This document shows, in pieces, positions 30,757 through 40,790 of a stretch of 64,000 nt of DNA (positions are counted from its first letter, which is position 1; each line of letters opens with the position of its first letter). The position numbers and the translations under genes are program-made. The stretch comes from Alphaproteobacteria bacterium (GTDB lineage: Bacteria > Pseudomonadota > Alphaproteobacteria > CAAHEQ01 > UBA3637), in contig SUVA01000002.1 in assembly GCA_015062245.1 (NCBI GenBank), forward strand, positions 25,234 through 89,233, read 5' to 3'. A model generated the notes under the pieces. The model saw only the letters and a list, made by a program, of their open reading frames with translations. It was not told the origin of the DNA and searched no databases.

Positions 30757-30943
30757 TTTTTCGTTCCTTTTGTTAAAAAAGTGGGGCTTTTTCAAGTCCC
30801 ACTCTCTAAAAAACACAGAAAGTATGGCTATTATATGTAAAAAAATGATGTAAGTCAAGCGTTTTTTTTAAAAAAAGTAGTTGCATTTTAGCAAAAAATG
30901 TTTTAAGCTCTGAAAAAAAGGGTTTTCTTATGGAGGTTTTCTT

Positions 30944-33169
30944 ATGAAAGAACACAGCGAAAATTTTAGACTTGTTTTAAAAATTACGGTTATTTCGTTT
31001 TTGATTCTTTTTTTTGCTGGCAGTATTTATTTGTGGCGTGCGACACATTTAAAATCCGAAGCACGTGCAATTTCACGCTATTTAATCAGTATTAAGACAA
31101 CTCGTGAAGAAACAATGTCATCGCATGCCGATGAAAAATTTACCCAAACAGAAAGCGGTCCTTATGGTACAACCTTCACTGTTGAAAACGGTATCGGGAA
31201 AAAGAACAAGGATTTTTTCTGGATTAGTACTGAGGTCTACAGTTCTTCTTTGTGTGAGTATTTGGCAAAAGTAAAACTTGGAGCATTAAAAGTAGACAAA
31301 TCAAAGTGTGATACCTCAAATGAAGTTGTTTTCTATTTTGCAAAATTTAAAAGTAAAACGAAAGGTTCACCGGATATGGACAGTCAACCTAAAGGATGTC
31401 CCAAAAATGCCGAATGCGATGATCAGGACAATATTTTAAGTTGTAATGAAGGTTTTTATTTGTCCGATGACAAATGTTTAAAATGTCCTGCAAACAGCAT
31501 CAATTGTGAATATGAAAGTTTTGAATGTCAGGTTGGTTTTTATCGTTCGCAAGGGGATTGTGTGCGTTGTGGAACAGGGGTTATGGCCTGTAATGACAAT
31601 GGTGAACCGACAGAATGTATGACTGATTTTTACCCAATGGATGGCAGATGCGTTCCCTGTTCTGAATTGGGTCCCGGTTTTTGTACAAATTCTTCCGGCG
31701 CTTCTTTGCCGGCGTCTTCGTCTGTCTCTTCAACTTATAAACCGGTTCCGCCTCCGACTCGTCCTGTTGAAAAACCGATAAAAACAAAAACGGAAACATT
31801 AAAAACACCGGAATGTCAGGATGGATATTATCGTAAAGGCGGTTCTTGCGTTGCCTGTCCTTCTTATTATAAAACCTGCGATAAAAACACAGGCTACTTT
31901 ACCTGTCAAGACGGCTATGTGAAAAATGCCGACAGAATGGCTTGTGTTAAAGAAGAAAGCTGTTCTTCAAAGGCAGACAATATCCGTTTGTCTGATTCTG
32001 GGATACGTGTTTCCGTTGAAGGTGATACAATTGTTTTGTCAAATAATCAAACTTCTCAACCGGCTGTTATTTCTCAGGATTTGGATTTTTCGGGATGTAA
32101 TGTCAAAATAAATACAGCCTCTGAAACGCATTTGTTGGGAAATATTTATGCCAAAAATTTGACGATATCTTCACCGGGGAATAGAATTTATACCTACCGT
32201 TCATCAGATGTTGCGCCGACAATATCTTCCGGTAAAAAGATTGTTTGTTCGGGGGATTTAAAAATAAACGGTTCATTTTATTCTGATCGTTCGGTGGATG
32301 TGGCCGGTAATTTGATTATTACGGAATTTATGCAAATGACATCTTCTAATGTTCATATTGCGGGTTATGTATCCGGTGATAGTATATCTACGGCAAAACA
32401 GGTGAAAACCCCCATTACGGTGGAAGGCTATGTTTCCGTTTCGGATTTAGTGCATAACGTAAAAAGCGGAGATTATATCAATGCATCTGTTATTTCGGCA
32501 GGGGAAGCGGAAAATAACATTATGGTTGAACAAATTGCGTTGAATGGAAAATTGGTTTCTAAAAACGGGGATATTATTGTTACCGACAGCCGAAAAAAAG
32601 ATAAAAACCAAGATAATTTGTTCACCGTGCATGTTGATTTCGGTTCTGAACTTTCTGTTTTGAACGGCAGTATGAGTATTGTATCCGGTTTGGATGTTTT
32701 GAATTTGGGCAATATCCACATTGCACGTAATTTGGATGTGGCTATCAGTGGTATTTTCCGCAACTGGAATCAGTTGTATGTTGGTGGTTCTATGACGGCA
32801 AATACAGACATTCGCTTGGCCGGTATCACGCATCCTAATGGAAATAAAATCAATTCACAAACATTGGTTTGTGGTTCTGTTTTCGGTTCAGGTAAAATTC
32901 AATTGAATACCGTTGCTTCTTTGGCGGTGGGTTCAAGTATTTCAACATCTATGAAAACACAGGTTATTAAATATACAGGCGCCTGTGAGCAAGGTGAAGG
33001 AAAACTTTCGGCCGGACGAGCTGCTTACTATGTTCAAAATTATGAAACATATTTAAATAATGGTCAATGTCTTTTGAATAAAAAATCAGAAGAAGGAAGT
33101 TTTTCTGCAAACACCCAAGATAATTGTCAAAATATTTCTTGGTGTCAAAAAAATCGTTATTGCAACTAG
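30944..33169 (+). CDS. pilin-derived (degenerate prepilin motif) Cys-rich / beta-helix-like large surface protein, paralog of 23737..25941
   Basis: GGAGG RBS; N-terminus SENFRLVLKITVISFLILFFAGSIYLW aligns to the pilin leader of its paralog but G(-1) is F and E(+5) is K; shared head domain (ESGPYGTTFTVENGIGKKNKDFFWI), CxxC/GFY repeats, Pro-rich linker, NxG-type repeats. Confidence 0.72.
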   Translation: MKEHSENFRLVLKITVISFLILFFAGSIYLWRATHLKSEARAISRYLISIKTTREETMSSHADEKFTQTESGPYGTTFTVENGIGKKNKDFFWISTEVYSSSLCEYLAKVKLGALKVDKSKCDTSNEVVFYFAKFKSKTKGSPDMDSQPKGCPKNAECDDQDNILSCNEGFYLSDDKCLKCPANSINCEYESFECQVGFYRSQGDCVRCGTGVMACNDNGEPTECMTDFYPMDGRCVPCSELGPGFCTNSSGASLPASSSVSSTYKPVPPPTRPVEKPIKTKTETLKTPECQDGYYRKGGSCVACPSYYKTCDKNTGYFTCQDGYVKNADRMACVKEESCSSKADNIRLSDSGIRVSVEGDTIVLSNNQTSQPAVISQDLDFSGCNVKINTASETHLLGNIYAKNLTISSPGNRIYTYRSSDVAPTISSGKKIVCSGDLKINGSFYSDRSVDVAGNLIITEFMQMTSSNVHIAGYVSGDSISTAKQVKTPITVEGYVSVSDLVHNVKSGDYINASVISAGEAENNIMVEQIALNGKLVSKNGDIIVTDSRKKDKNQDNLFTVHVDFGSELSVLNGSMSIVSGLDVLNLGNIHIARNLDVAISGIFRNWNQLYVGGSMTANTDIRLAGITHPNGNKINSQTLVCGSVFGSGKIQLNTVASLAVGSSISTSMKTQVIKYTGACEQGEGKLSAGRAAYYVQNYETYLNNGQCLLNKKSEEGSFSANTQDNCQNISWCQKNRYCN

Positions 33170-33187
33170 GTTATTTTGATTAAAAAC

Positions 33188-33216
33188 TTGACATCTCCGT
33201 TTAAATTCGTTATAAT
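33188..33216 (+). promoter_or_regulatory. consensus sigma70 promoter TTGACA-17-TATAAT upstream of DUF4167 gene
   Basis: Perfect -35 and -10 hexamers with 17-nt spacer, 60 nt upstream of ATG 33277 (GAGGA RBS). Confidence 0.55.
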
Positions 33217-33276
33217 GAATTCGTTTTTAAGCGGGGATGAATTTTTCCCCAAGATTTTACAAAATTTAGAGGATAT

Positions 33277-33714
33277 ATGAAAAACCAACATAATAAGGCG
33301 CGTCGCCACAATAATAATCGTTCTGTTCGTTCCTATCAAACGCAACAAATTTTTCGCTATACAAATTTTGATTCCAATGGACCCTTGGGAAAATTGCGTG
33401 GCACAGCCCTTCAATTGGCCGAAAAGTATCAATCTGCCGCTAAAGATGCGCAAATGCAAAGTGATGACATTTTAATGCAAACATACCAACAATATGCCGA
33501 TCATTATTTTCGTTTGCAGGCAATCGCCATTGAAAATGAACAGGCTTTAAAACCAAAGGCTAAACCGACACCTGAGGAAACACAAGAGGCCATTCAGGTT
33601 GAAGAAAATAGCGAAAAAGAAACGATTGAATCTTTGCCCGAAAACACGCAAGAAACGCCATCTGATACAATTGATGCTTCTGTTTTACCACCTGAGGCCC
33701 CCATACAAGAATAA
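33277..33714 (+). CDS. DUF4167 domain protein
   Basis: N-terminal R/N-rich segment then QIFRYTNFDSNGP..YQQYADHYFR, typical of the alphaproteobacterial DUF4167 family. Confidence 0.7.
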   Translation: MKNQHNKARRHNNNRSVRSYQTQQIFRYTNFDSNGPLGKLRGTALQLAEKYQSAAKDAQMQSDDILMQTYQQYADHYFRLQAIAIENEQALKPKAKPTPEETQEAIQVEENSEKETIESLPENTQETPSDTIDASVLPPEAPIQE

Positions 33715-34095
33715 TTATTTTTCCAATATAGCGAATGCCATCGCCTCGGCATCATCAGACAGGCTGATATGGATTTGAAATTTACGACATTTAAAACGTT
33801 TTTGAATGTTCTTTTTAAGGTTGTCGGATAAATTGACGGTTGGTGCGCCGTTTTTGTCGTTTAAAATTTCAATGTCTTGCCAATTCATAAATGAACCGAT
33901 TCCTGTGCCACAGGCTTTTGAAAAAGCCTCTTTGGCGGCAAAACGTTTGGCCAAAAAGTTTATTTTCCTTTTGCCTTTTAATGTGTTGGCAAAATCCGAT
34001 TCCGCAACAGTAAAAACACGCTTGATAAAAGTATCTGTGCATGCTTTTTGAAAACGTTTAATATCCAAAATATCGCATCCGATGCCTAAAATCAT
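33715..34095 (-). CDS. acpS: holo-[acyl-carrier-protein] synthase
   Basis: MILGIGCDI..RFAAKEAFSKA motifs of AcpS. Confidence 0.88.
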   Translation of the reverse strand: MILGIGCDILDIKRFQKACTDTFIKRVFTVAESDFANTLKGKRKINFLAKRFAAKEAFSKACGTGIGSFMNWQDIEILNDKNGAPTVNLSDNLKKNIQKRFKCRKFQIHISLSDDAEAMAFAILEK

Positions 34096-36221
34096 TGGCC
34101 GTTTTCCTTTGCAACTGAAACTATTTTGGGGTGTTTTTGTAATTTTTCCATCACTACTTTTAAATGCTTTGAATTTTTAACCTGAATATCGGCCACCACT
34201 TCGGTGGTTTTATCGGTTTGTGCCATAGTATTTATATGCGCCACATGAACCTTTTGTTTTGTCAGGCAATCCAAAACACTCCCCATTGTTTTAGGGCCTG
34301 TTTTCCAAATAATTTGAATGCGGGCCGGTTGTTGATTTTTGTTTTTATCGGATAAATTCCATTCCACTGCCACCCATTTTTCGGGGGATTTTTTGTATTG
34401 TCCCAAAACACCACAATCCCGTGTATGAATAACATATTGGTTCTTTTTTGTTTCAATGGCAACGATGGATTCGCCCACCACGGGATGGCAACAGGTGCCC
34501 AAGGTAAATTTATCTTTTTGAGCTAAGCCCAAAATGGGGGCAATTTGCGGTGTTTTTTTAAATTGCTTAAATAATCCCAATGTTCGTTGATAAAAGGTAG
34601 ATTTTATATTTGGATACATGGTGTTTAATATCTTTTGAACGGTTATTTTTTCTTTGGCCGTATCATCCAATAAAGCCTCCACTGACTTATATTTTAAAGG
34701 CTTTAAGCAATTTTTTAAATCTGATTTTGTAAAATTCAGATGCGCTTTATCACAGGCTTTTTTGATTTCTGATAGAATTTCTTCCCGCTTTTGATTTGTT
34801 TGTTGTTGGCGTAAATTGGCCAAAATTTTTGATCTGGCTTGGGCGGTGACCACTTGATTTAGCCAGGATTTATCCGGTTGGACTTTCCCTGTTAAAAGAT
34901 GAATACTTTCTCCATCCTTTAAAACATAACCGATACTTTCTTTATGTCCGTTGACGTTGGCGCCAATACATGTGTTGCCTAAATTTACCCCCATTTGATA
35001 GGCAAAATCCAATACAGTTGCACCACGTTTTAATGAAAAAAGTTGCCCCTGTTCAGAAAAGACAAAAATTTTATCCTGATAAAGTGCCATTTTGGTATGT
35101 TCCAAAAATTCTTTTGGGTTTTTGGCCGTGGCAATCAAATCCAATAACTCTTTCATCCATTGGTATTGTTTGGCATCACGATGAAAGCCCTGTTTGTATT
35201 CCCAATGGGCCACCAATCCAAAATCAGCCTCTTGATTCATTTCATAGGTTCTGATTTGAATTTCCAATCGTTGATTATTGGGGCCCAAAATACTGGTATG
35301 TAAAGAACGATAGCCACTGTCTTTTGGATTGGATATATAATCTTTAAATCTGCCACCGGGGATGGCGTGAAAATTGGTATGAATAATACCCAAGGCTTTA
35401 TAGCAGTCGGGTATTTTTTTGACCAAAACACGCAATCCGATAATATCAAAGATTTCCTCTATGGCACCGTTGTGTTTTTGTAGTTTTTTCCAAACAGAGT
35501 AGGGGCTTTTTTTTCGCCCGATAACCTCTGCTTTTAACTTGTTGTCATTTAATAGTTTTTGAAATTGACGAATTAGGGTGTTGATTTTGTTTTTTCCCTT
35601 GCTTTCAAAATCATTCAGTTGTTTTACAACTTTTTGATAAGCCTCTGGGTATAGATTTTGAAAACATAAATCTTCCATTTCCGTTTTTATCTTATGCAAA
35701 CCGATTCGTTCGGCCAACGGCACATAGATATTTAATGTTTCCATGGCAATACGTTTGCGTTTGCTTTCGGCGTTACAAGCGGATAAAGTGCGCATATTGT
35801 GTAATCGGTCAGCCATTTTTATCATTAAAATGCGAATGTCTTTGCTGGTTGCCAAAACCAGTTCCTGAAAGTTTTGTGCTTGTTTGGCATCTTCATCAAT
35901 CAGTTGAATTTTATTTAATTTCGTAACACCTTCTACTAAGTCGGCCACCTGATGAGAAAATAAAGTTTCAATATCCTGATAGGCGGTAGGGGTATCTTCC
36001 ACCGTATCATGTAAAAGGGCCGCCATAATTGTATCGGCATCCATCTTATATTCAATTAAAATTTGGGCCACGGATGTCGGATGATAAAAATAAGGTTCAC
36101 CCGATTCCCGTCTTTGGTCATGGTGAACTTTGCTGGCCAAAACATAGGCACGAATCAAGGAATCTTCATCAGCCGAAGGTTGGTAAGATTTGACTTTTTC
36201 AATTAATTCGTATTGCCTCAC
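34092..36221 (-). CDS. rsh: bifunctional (p)ppGpp synthetase/hydrolase RelA/SpoT homolog
   Basis: HD hydrolase motif (HDTVEDT), synthetase domain (GRxKxxYSxxxK), TGS and ACT domains; rpoZ immediately upstream. Confidence 0.95.
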   Translation of the reverse strand: MRQYELIEKVKSYQPSADEDSLIRAYVLASKVHHDQRRESGEPYFYHPTSVAQILIEYKMDADTIMAALLHDTVEDTPTAYQDIETLFSHQVADLVEGVTKLNKIQLIDEDAKQAQNFQELVLATSKDIRILMIKMADRLHNMRTLSACNAESKRKRIAMETLNIYVPLAERIGLHKIKTEMEDLCFQNLYPEAYQKVVKQLNDFESKGKNKINTLIRQFQKLLNDNKLKAEVIGRKKSPYSVWKKLQKHNGAIEEIFDIIGLRVLVKKIPDCYKALGIIHTNFHAIPGGRFKDYISNPKDSGYRSLHTSILGPNNQRLEIQIRTYEMNQEADFGLVAHWEYKQGFHRDAKQYQWMKELLDLIATAKNPKEFLEHTKMALYQDKIFVFSEQGQLFSLKRGATVLDFAYQMGVNLGNTCIGANVNGHKESIGYVLKDGESIHLLTGKVQPDKSWLNQVVTAQARSKILANLRQQQTNQKREEILSEIKKACDKAHLNFTKSDLKNCLKPLKYKSVEALLDDTAKEKITVQKILNTMYPNIKSTFYQRTLGLFKQFKKTPQIAPILGLAQKDKFTLGTCCHPVVGESIVAIETKKNQYVIHTRDCGVLGQYKKSPEKWVAVEWNLSDKNKNQQPARIQIIWKTGPKTMGSVLDCLTKQKVHVAHINTMAQTDKTTEVVADIQVKNSKHLKVVMEKLQKHPKIVSVAKENGQ

Positions 36222-36249
36222 TCTCTGTTTCCCCCCTTTGGACGAGAAT

Positions 36250-36618
36250 TTAGCCTTCTACTTCGTGATCCCCTACCACTTGGAAAGCATCAGAAGCGAC
36301 AAATTCCGTATCGGCATACATTGGTGATTCGCCGGCAATTTCGGCTTCCACTTCTTTTAAATCCTGTGCTTCAACGGCGTCTTGAACATTGGTGGCGTAG
36401 CGTTGCATGTTGGCAATAACAGATTCACGCAATTGATTTGTGTCAATAGTACCTGATTCAATTTCACGCAAAGATAAAACTGAATTTTTGTCATCTTCAC
36501 GATCCAAAGCCGATGGAACGCCGGCCTCCAAAGATTTTGTGCGACCAGCCGCCAACAAGACTAAATCAAAGCGATTGGGAACCTTATTGATGCATTCTTC
36601 AACAGTAACACGAGCCAT
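36250..36618 (-). CDS. rpoZ: DNA-directed RNA polymerase subunit omega
   Basis: MARVTVEECI..NRFDLVLLAAGR signature. Confidence 0.9.
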   Translation of the reverse strand: MARVTVEECINKVPNRFDLVLLAAGRTKSLEAGVPSALDREDDKNSVLSLREIESGTIDTNQLRESVIANMQRYATNVQDAVEAQDLKEVEAEIAGESPMYADTEFVASDAFQVVGDHEVEG

Positions 36619-36781
36619 TTATAATCCTTTCAAAAATGTTCAGATATGAGGAGTATACAATTTTTTTTTCAAAAAATCAAGACTTTTTATCAAAAACAGC
36701 CTTGCACTTTGTTTCAGATTTTTATACAATATCCAAAAATGAGTTAAAAAATAACATAAAAAAACAAAGAGGAGGTCAATA

Positions 36782-38002
36782 ATGGCTAAGGGACAATCAA
36801 GTGTCGGTAATGTTTTGTTTCGTTTTTTTTGGTGGGTGGTACAACTGATAAACCCACGTTGGTCGCATCGTTTGATGTATTGGGGATTGCGTGACGGGGC
36901 TTTTCCACGTCAGCCGGCCAATGATCCTGCTTTGCAAATCAATTTATGGGGACATTTGTTTCGTTCTCCTGTTGGTATAGGCGAAGGCGTTGACAAACGT
37001 GGCAATGTTTTGGATTCGTTGATTTCTATGGGTTATTCCTTTGGTGAGTTCGGTCCTTACACTTTGGAAAAAGAAATGCCGGAGAAAAAAAGACTTTATC
37101 TGAAAAAACAAAAAGCTGTTGTTACCTTGTGCCGTGGTTATCGCAATCCTGGTATAATGCGTATTTTGCCGTGGTTTGTAAAAAGGCGTTATTTGCCCCA
37201 TTATGTGGGGGTTGATGTGGCTATTCCCACCGATTCGGAAGAACAAAACATCAAACAAGGGCGTCATTTTACCTATCAGGAAGAATTTGTTTTGATGGCT
37301 CAAAAGCTATCGCCGTACTGTGATTACATTACATTGAATTTTTCGCATCCGAATTCTGAATTGGCGATGATGATTGTGGATGCGGCCAGCATTGTGCCGA
37401 TTATTAAATCCGTCAAGGAAGCAGTGCGTTTGGCGGCTCCTATTCAAACGCCGCCCGTTTTGGTAAAAGTGCCTTTGGATATTACAATTCAAGAGGTTTC
37501 TTTGGTAATTCAAAACTTGATGGAAGGTGGGGCTGATGGCGTGATTATCGGTGGTCCGCTTTCATTGGATAAAAACACCAAGGTTTTGCCCGAATCAGCG
37601 CCCGATATTTTTCAAAATGGTATGATGTTTGGTGGTCCGTTACAAGAACGTATGTTGGCTTTGATTGCCCAATTTTACCGTCAATCTCAGGGGCGGTTGC
37701 CGATTGTGGCTTATGGTAGTGTTTTTACACCTGAAGATGCTTTTCGTATGATTTGTGCAGGGGCCAGTTTGATACAATTGGACGCAGCCAGTTTAACTTA
37801 TGCCGGTCCGGCAATTGTTTTTAATATTCATAAAGGATTGGTAAAACTTTTATCGGAAAAAGGTTTTTCCAAAATTGAACAGGCTATCGGTTGTGATTTA
37901 AGGGCTCAGGTTGACTTGACCACCCCTGCGGTTGCGCCTTCTGCTTCAATGCCGGTCTCTTCTGCGCCGAATCATCCTTTTCCAGGGCAAAACAATCAAT
38001 AA
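36782..38002 (+). CDS. pyrD: dihydroorotate dehydrogenase (quinone), class 2
   Basis: N-terminal membrane-association segment; LFRSPVGIGEGVDKRG...GFGEFGPYT matches the PyrD NPxGLAAGxDK..G..E.GT.T block; SHPNS in place of the SSPNT active-site region. Confidence 0.72.
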   Translation: MAKGQSSVGNVLFRFFWWVVQLINPRWSHRLMYWGLRDGAFPRQPANDPALQINLWGHLFRSPVGIGEGVDKRGNVLDSLISMGYSFGEFGPYTLEKEMPEKKRLYLKKQKAVVTLCRGYRNPGIMRILPWFVKRRYLPHYVGVDVAIPTDSEEQNIKQGRHFTYQEEFVLMAQKLSPYCDYITLNFSHPNSELAMMIVDAASIVPIIKSVKEAVRLAAPIQTPPVLVKVPLDITIQEVSLVIQNLMEGGADGVIIGGPLSLDKNTKVLPESAPDIFQNGMMFGGPLQERMLALIAQFYRQSQGRLPIVAYGSVFTPEDAFRMICAGASLIQLDAASLTYAGPAIVFNIHKGLVKLLSEKGFSKIEQAIGCDLRAQVDLTTPAVAPSASMPVSSAPNHPFPGQNNQ

Positions 38003-38018
38003 ATGAAAGGAATTCGGA

Positions 38019-38789
38019 ATGAGTAAAGTTGCTGTTTTAATTCCGACACGTTTAAAGTCAACACGTTTGCCCAATAAACCATTGGCCATTATCAATGGCA
38101 AGCCTTTGTTGCAACATGTGTATGAACACGCATTGAAAGTTCATCCCAAAGAAGATATTTATATTGCAGCCGGAGATCAGGAAATCGTGGATTTAGTCCA
38201 AAGTTTCGGGGCGCAAGCCGTTCTAACCGATGCGAATTTACCATCAGGAACGGATCGTATTGTGGCGGCCATGAAACAAATTGATCCGAACGAAGAAAAA
38301 TATGATACGGTTGTAAATTTTCAAGGCGATGGTATCAATGTGGATCCGGCATTAAATTTGCGTTTGGTTGAATTATTGGAAAAAACAGGGGCCGATTGGA
38401 TGACGGTCGGTAAAAAAATCACCGATCCGAAGGATATTCAAAATCCGGCAATGGTTAAAATTGCCATGGGTTTGTCGGAAGGTCAGGATTATGCGCCGGC
38501 GCTTTATTTTTCACGTTCGCCCATTCCGTTTAATCGGGATGCAGATGCCTGTACTCAGGCCTATTGGCATATTGGTATTTATGTGTATCGCCTGAACGCT
38601 TTGAAAAAGTTTGTTGCTTCACCTGAAGGGGTATTGGAAAAAACGGAAAAGTTGGAACAATTGCGTGCGTTGGAAAACGGTATGCGTATATATGCGTTGA
38701 TTGTGCCGTCTGTCAAGTTGATAGAGGAAGCGCCGGCTGATATCAATACGCCCGAAGAATTGGCCGAAGCACAAAAGTTTTTGTTTTAA
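38019..38789 (+). CDS. kdsB: 3-deoxy-manno-octulosonate cytidylyltransferase (CMP-KDO synthetase)
   Basis: VLIPTRLKSTRLPNKPL N-terminus and overall KdsB pattern. Confidence 0.9.
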   Translation: MSKVAVLIPTRLKSTRLPNKPLAIINGKPLLQHVYEHALKVHPKEDIYIAAGDQEIVDLVQSFGAQAVLTDANLPSGTDRIVAAMKQIDPNEEKYDTVVNFQGDGINVDPALNLRLVELLEKTGADWMTVGKKITDPKDIQNPAMVKIAMGLSEGQDYAPALYFSRSPIPFNRDADACTQAYWHIGIYVYRLNALKKFVASPEGVLEKTEKLEQLRALENGMRIYALIVPSVKLIEEAPADINTPEELAEAQKFLF

Positions 38790-38807
38790 TAAATTGACGG
38801 GGGAGTA

Positions 38808-40790
38808 ATGATTTATTTAACTGGTGATCATTTACCGATTAAAACGATTCGTCAGGTGGCCAAAAAATTAAAGGTTCCTTTGTGGCCAAATAACGAAAAA
38901 CCTTTAATTAAATATGGTTTGGAACAAAGTTTTCCTAAAAAATTGGCGGTTTTGGCAAAAGATTTGGGGGAAGACAAATTGTCCGAGCTTTTCTTTTTGC
39001 CTGTTTCTTCGGTGATTGATGCATCGGCTTTGCCTGAATCAATCGAATCGTTTTTGAAAAAAAGTGCTCAGACATCTTTGCCGAATACTTTAAGCTTTTT
39101 ATTGACCTGTCCTGTGATTTACAGTGCAAACATTGCCCAAATTTTTATGCGGGCGTTAAATCGTCATTTGCATTTTTCCAGATCTCAGTTTGAAAATGTC
39201 CACTTTGCCTTACATGAATCTATTGTGAATGGCTTGATTCACGGCAATTTACACGTGAACAGTTCTATGCGTCAATCGGCCCGTGATTTTGTGGAATATG
39301 CCCGTTTATTGCACGATCGTTTAAATGATCCGTCTTATGCCAATAAATCGTTGAGCATTGTGGCCAGTTGGGATAAGAAAAAACTGGAAATTAAAATCCG
39401 TGATGAAGGCGATGGATATACGTCTGTCAGTACACCGAATACAACTTCGTGTGTTTATGCCAAATCGGGCAGAGGTCTTCGCATTATTGCGGGAACGGCT
39501 GATTCTTGTACCATAGAAGATTTTGGTCGGGAAGTAACGCTTTCGTTTTTATTGACGGATACACCGGCATCGCATTGGGTTGAAAATTATCAAGATGATA
39601 ATCAAACAACATTGTCTCGGGATATTTTGGCCTCTGAACTTAATTCCTGTCGTGTTTTGGTGATAGAAGATAACCCGTCTAATCAGGCTGTTTTGGCCCG
39701 ATTGCTCAGTATTATGGGAATCAATCAGGTTGCCATGGCCAACGATGGTGTGGCCGGTTTGGAAAAAGTGGGCGAATTCAAGCCGGATTTGATTGTATTG
39801 GATATTACAATGCCCCGAATGAACGGTTATGAAGTTTTGCACGAATTGAAAAAAGATAAAGCGACTTCGGATATTCCTGTTTTGATTCAAACGGCGGCGG
39901 ATAATCGTGAGGCACGGGAAAAAACATTCAGTTCTGGTGCGACGGATTTTATTACAAAACCGATCAATCCTTTGGAATTTTTTGCCCGTGTGCGTGTTCA
40001 TTTGGAAAACCGTTTGTTGATTCAAAATTTGGAAAAACAATTATCCCAAATTGAAACCGAGTTGGCGTCTGCCCAAAAAATGCAAGTGGGTATTTTACCG
40101 TCCAAAAAAGATTTAGAAGAAGTCAGAAAAAAATACCGTTTGGATGTGGCTCAATATTTTGCCCCGTCCTCGGCTTTGGGGGGGGATTTTTGGCAAACAT
40201 ATCCGATATCGGCTTCTAAATTATGTGTATATTTATGTGATTTTTCAGGGCACGGTATGGCGGCTGCCTTAAATACTTTCCGCTTGCACGCTTTGTTTTC
40301 GCAAATGAATAAGCGTTTGTTGGATCCGGCTGAGGCTTTGAAAAAGTTAAATAAGCAACTTTATTCTTTATTGCCCCGTGGTCAGTTTGCCACATTGTTT
40401 TTAGGGATTATTGATATCAAAAAAAGGGAAATGATTTATTCAGGTGCAAGCGCCCCCAAACCTTTATTGGTCAATAAAGGGCGTAAGTTGTTTTTGCATA
40501 CTGAAGGGATGCCCTTGGGAATTATGGCAAATCCAAAATATAAAAACTATAAGGTTAAGATGAATCCGAATGATGTTTTGTTGTTATACAGTGATGCTTT
40601 GATTGAAACGCCCAATGCCCAAGGTGAACGTTTGGGCTATGAAGGGCTTCAAAAAATGGTTGTGCCGATGATGCGTCAAACGGATGTGAATCAGATTATG
40701 AAAGACATTATGCAGGCCTTTTTTAACTATGCGCCACCGCCACCATCTGATGATGTAACGGCTGTTTTATTTCGTGCGGGGGAAAAATGA
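38808..40790 (+). CDS. fused partner-switching regulator: RsbW-like HATPase + response-regulator receiver + PP2C (SpoIIE/RsbU-like) phosphatase
   Basis: N box (HESIVNGLIHGN), G1 (IRDEGDGY), G2 (SGRGLRII); REC (VLVIEDN...D.ITMP..NGYEVL..K); PP2C motifs (GDFWQ..., LYSDALIE, SDDVTAV). Confidence 0.78.
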   Translation: MIYLTGDHLPIKTIRQVAKKLKVPLWPNNEKPLIKYGLEQSFPKKLAVLAKDLGEDKLSELFFLPVSSVIDASALPESIESFLKKSAQTSLPNTLSFLLTCPVIYSANIAQIFMRALNRHLHFSRSQFENVHFALHESIVNGLIHGNLHVNSSMRQSARDFVEYARLLHDRLNDPSYANKSLSIVASWDKKKLEIKIRDEGDGYTSVSTPNTTSCVYAKSGRGLRIIAGTADSCTIEDFGREVTLSFLLTDTPASHWVENYQDDNQTTLSRDILASELNSCRVLVIEDNPSNQAVLARLLSIMGINQVAMANDGVAGLEKVGEFKPDLIVLDITMPRMNGYEVLHELKKDKATSDIPVLIQTAADNREAREKTFSSGATDFITKPINPLEFFARVRVHLENRLLIQNLEKQLSQIETELASAQKMQVGILPSKKDLEEVRKKYRLDVAQYFAPSSALGGDFWQTYPISASKLCVYLCDFSGHGMAAALNTFRLHALFSQMNKRLLDPAEALKKLNKQLYSLLPRGQFATLFLGIIDIKKREMIYSGASAPKPLLVNKGRKLFLHTEGMPLGIMANPKYKNYKVKMNPNDVLLLYSDALIETPNAQGERLGYEGLQKMVVPMMRQTDVNQIMKDIMQAFFNYAPPPPSDDVTAVLFRAGEK

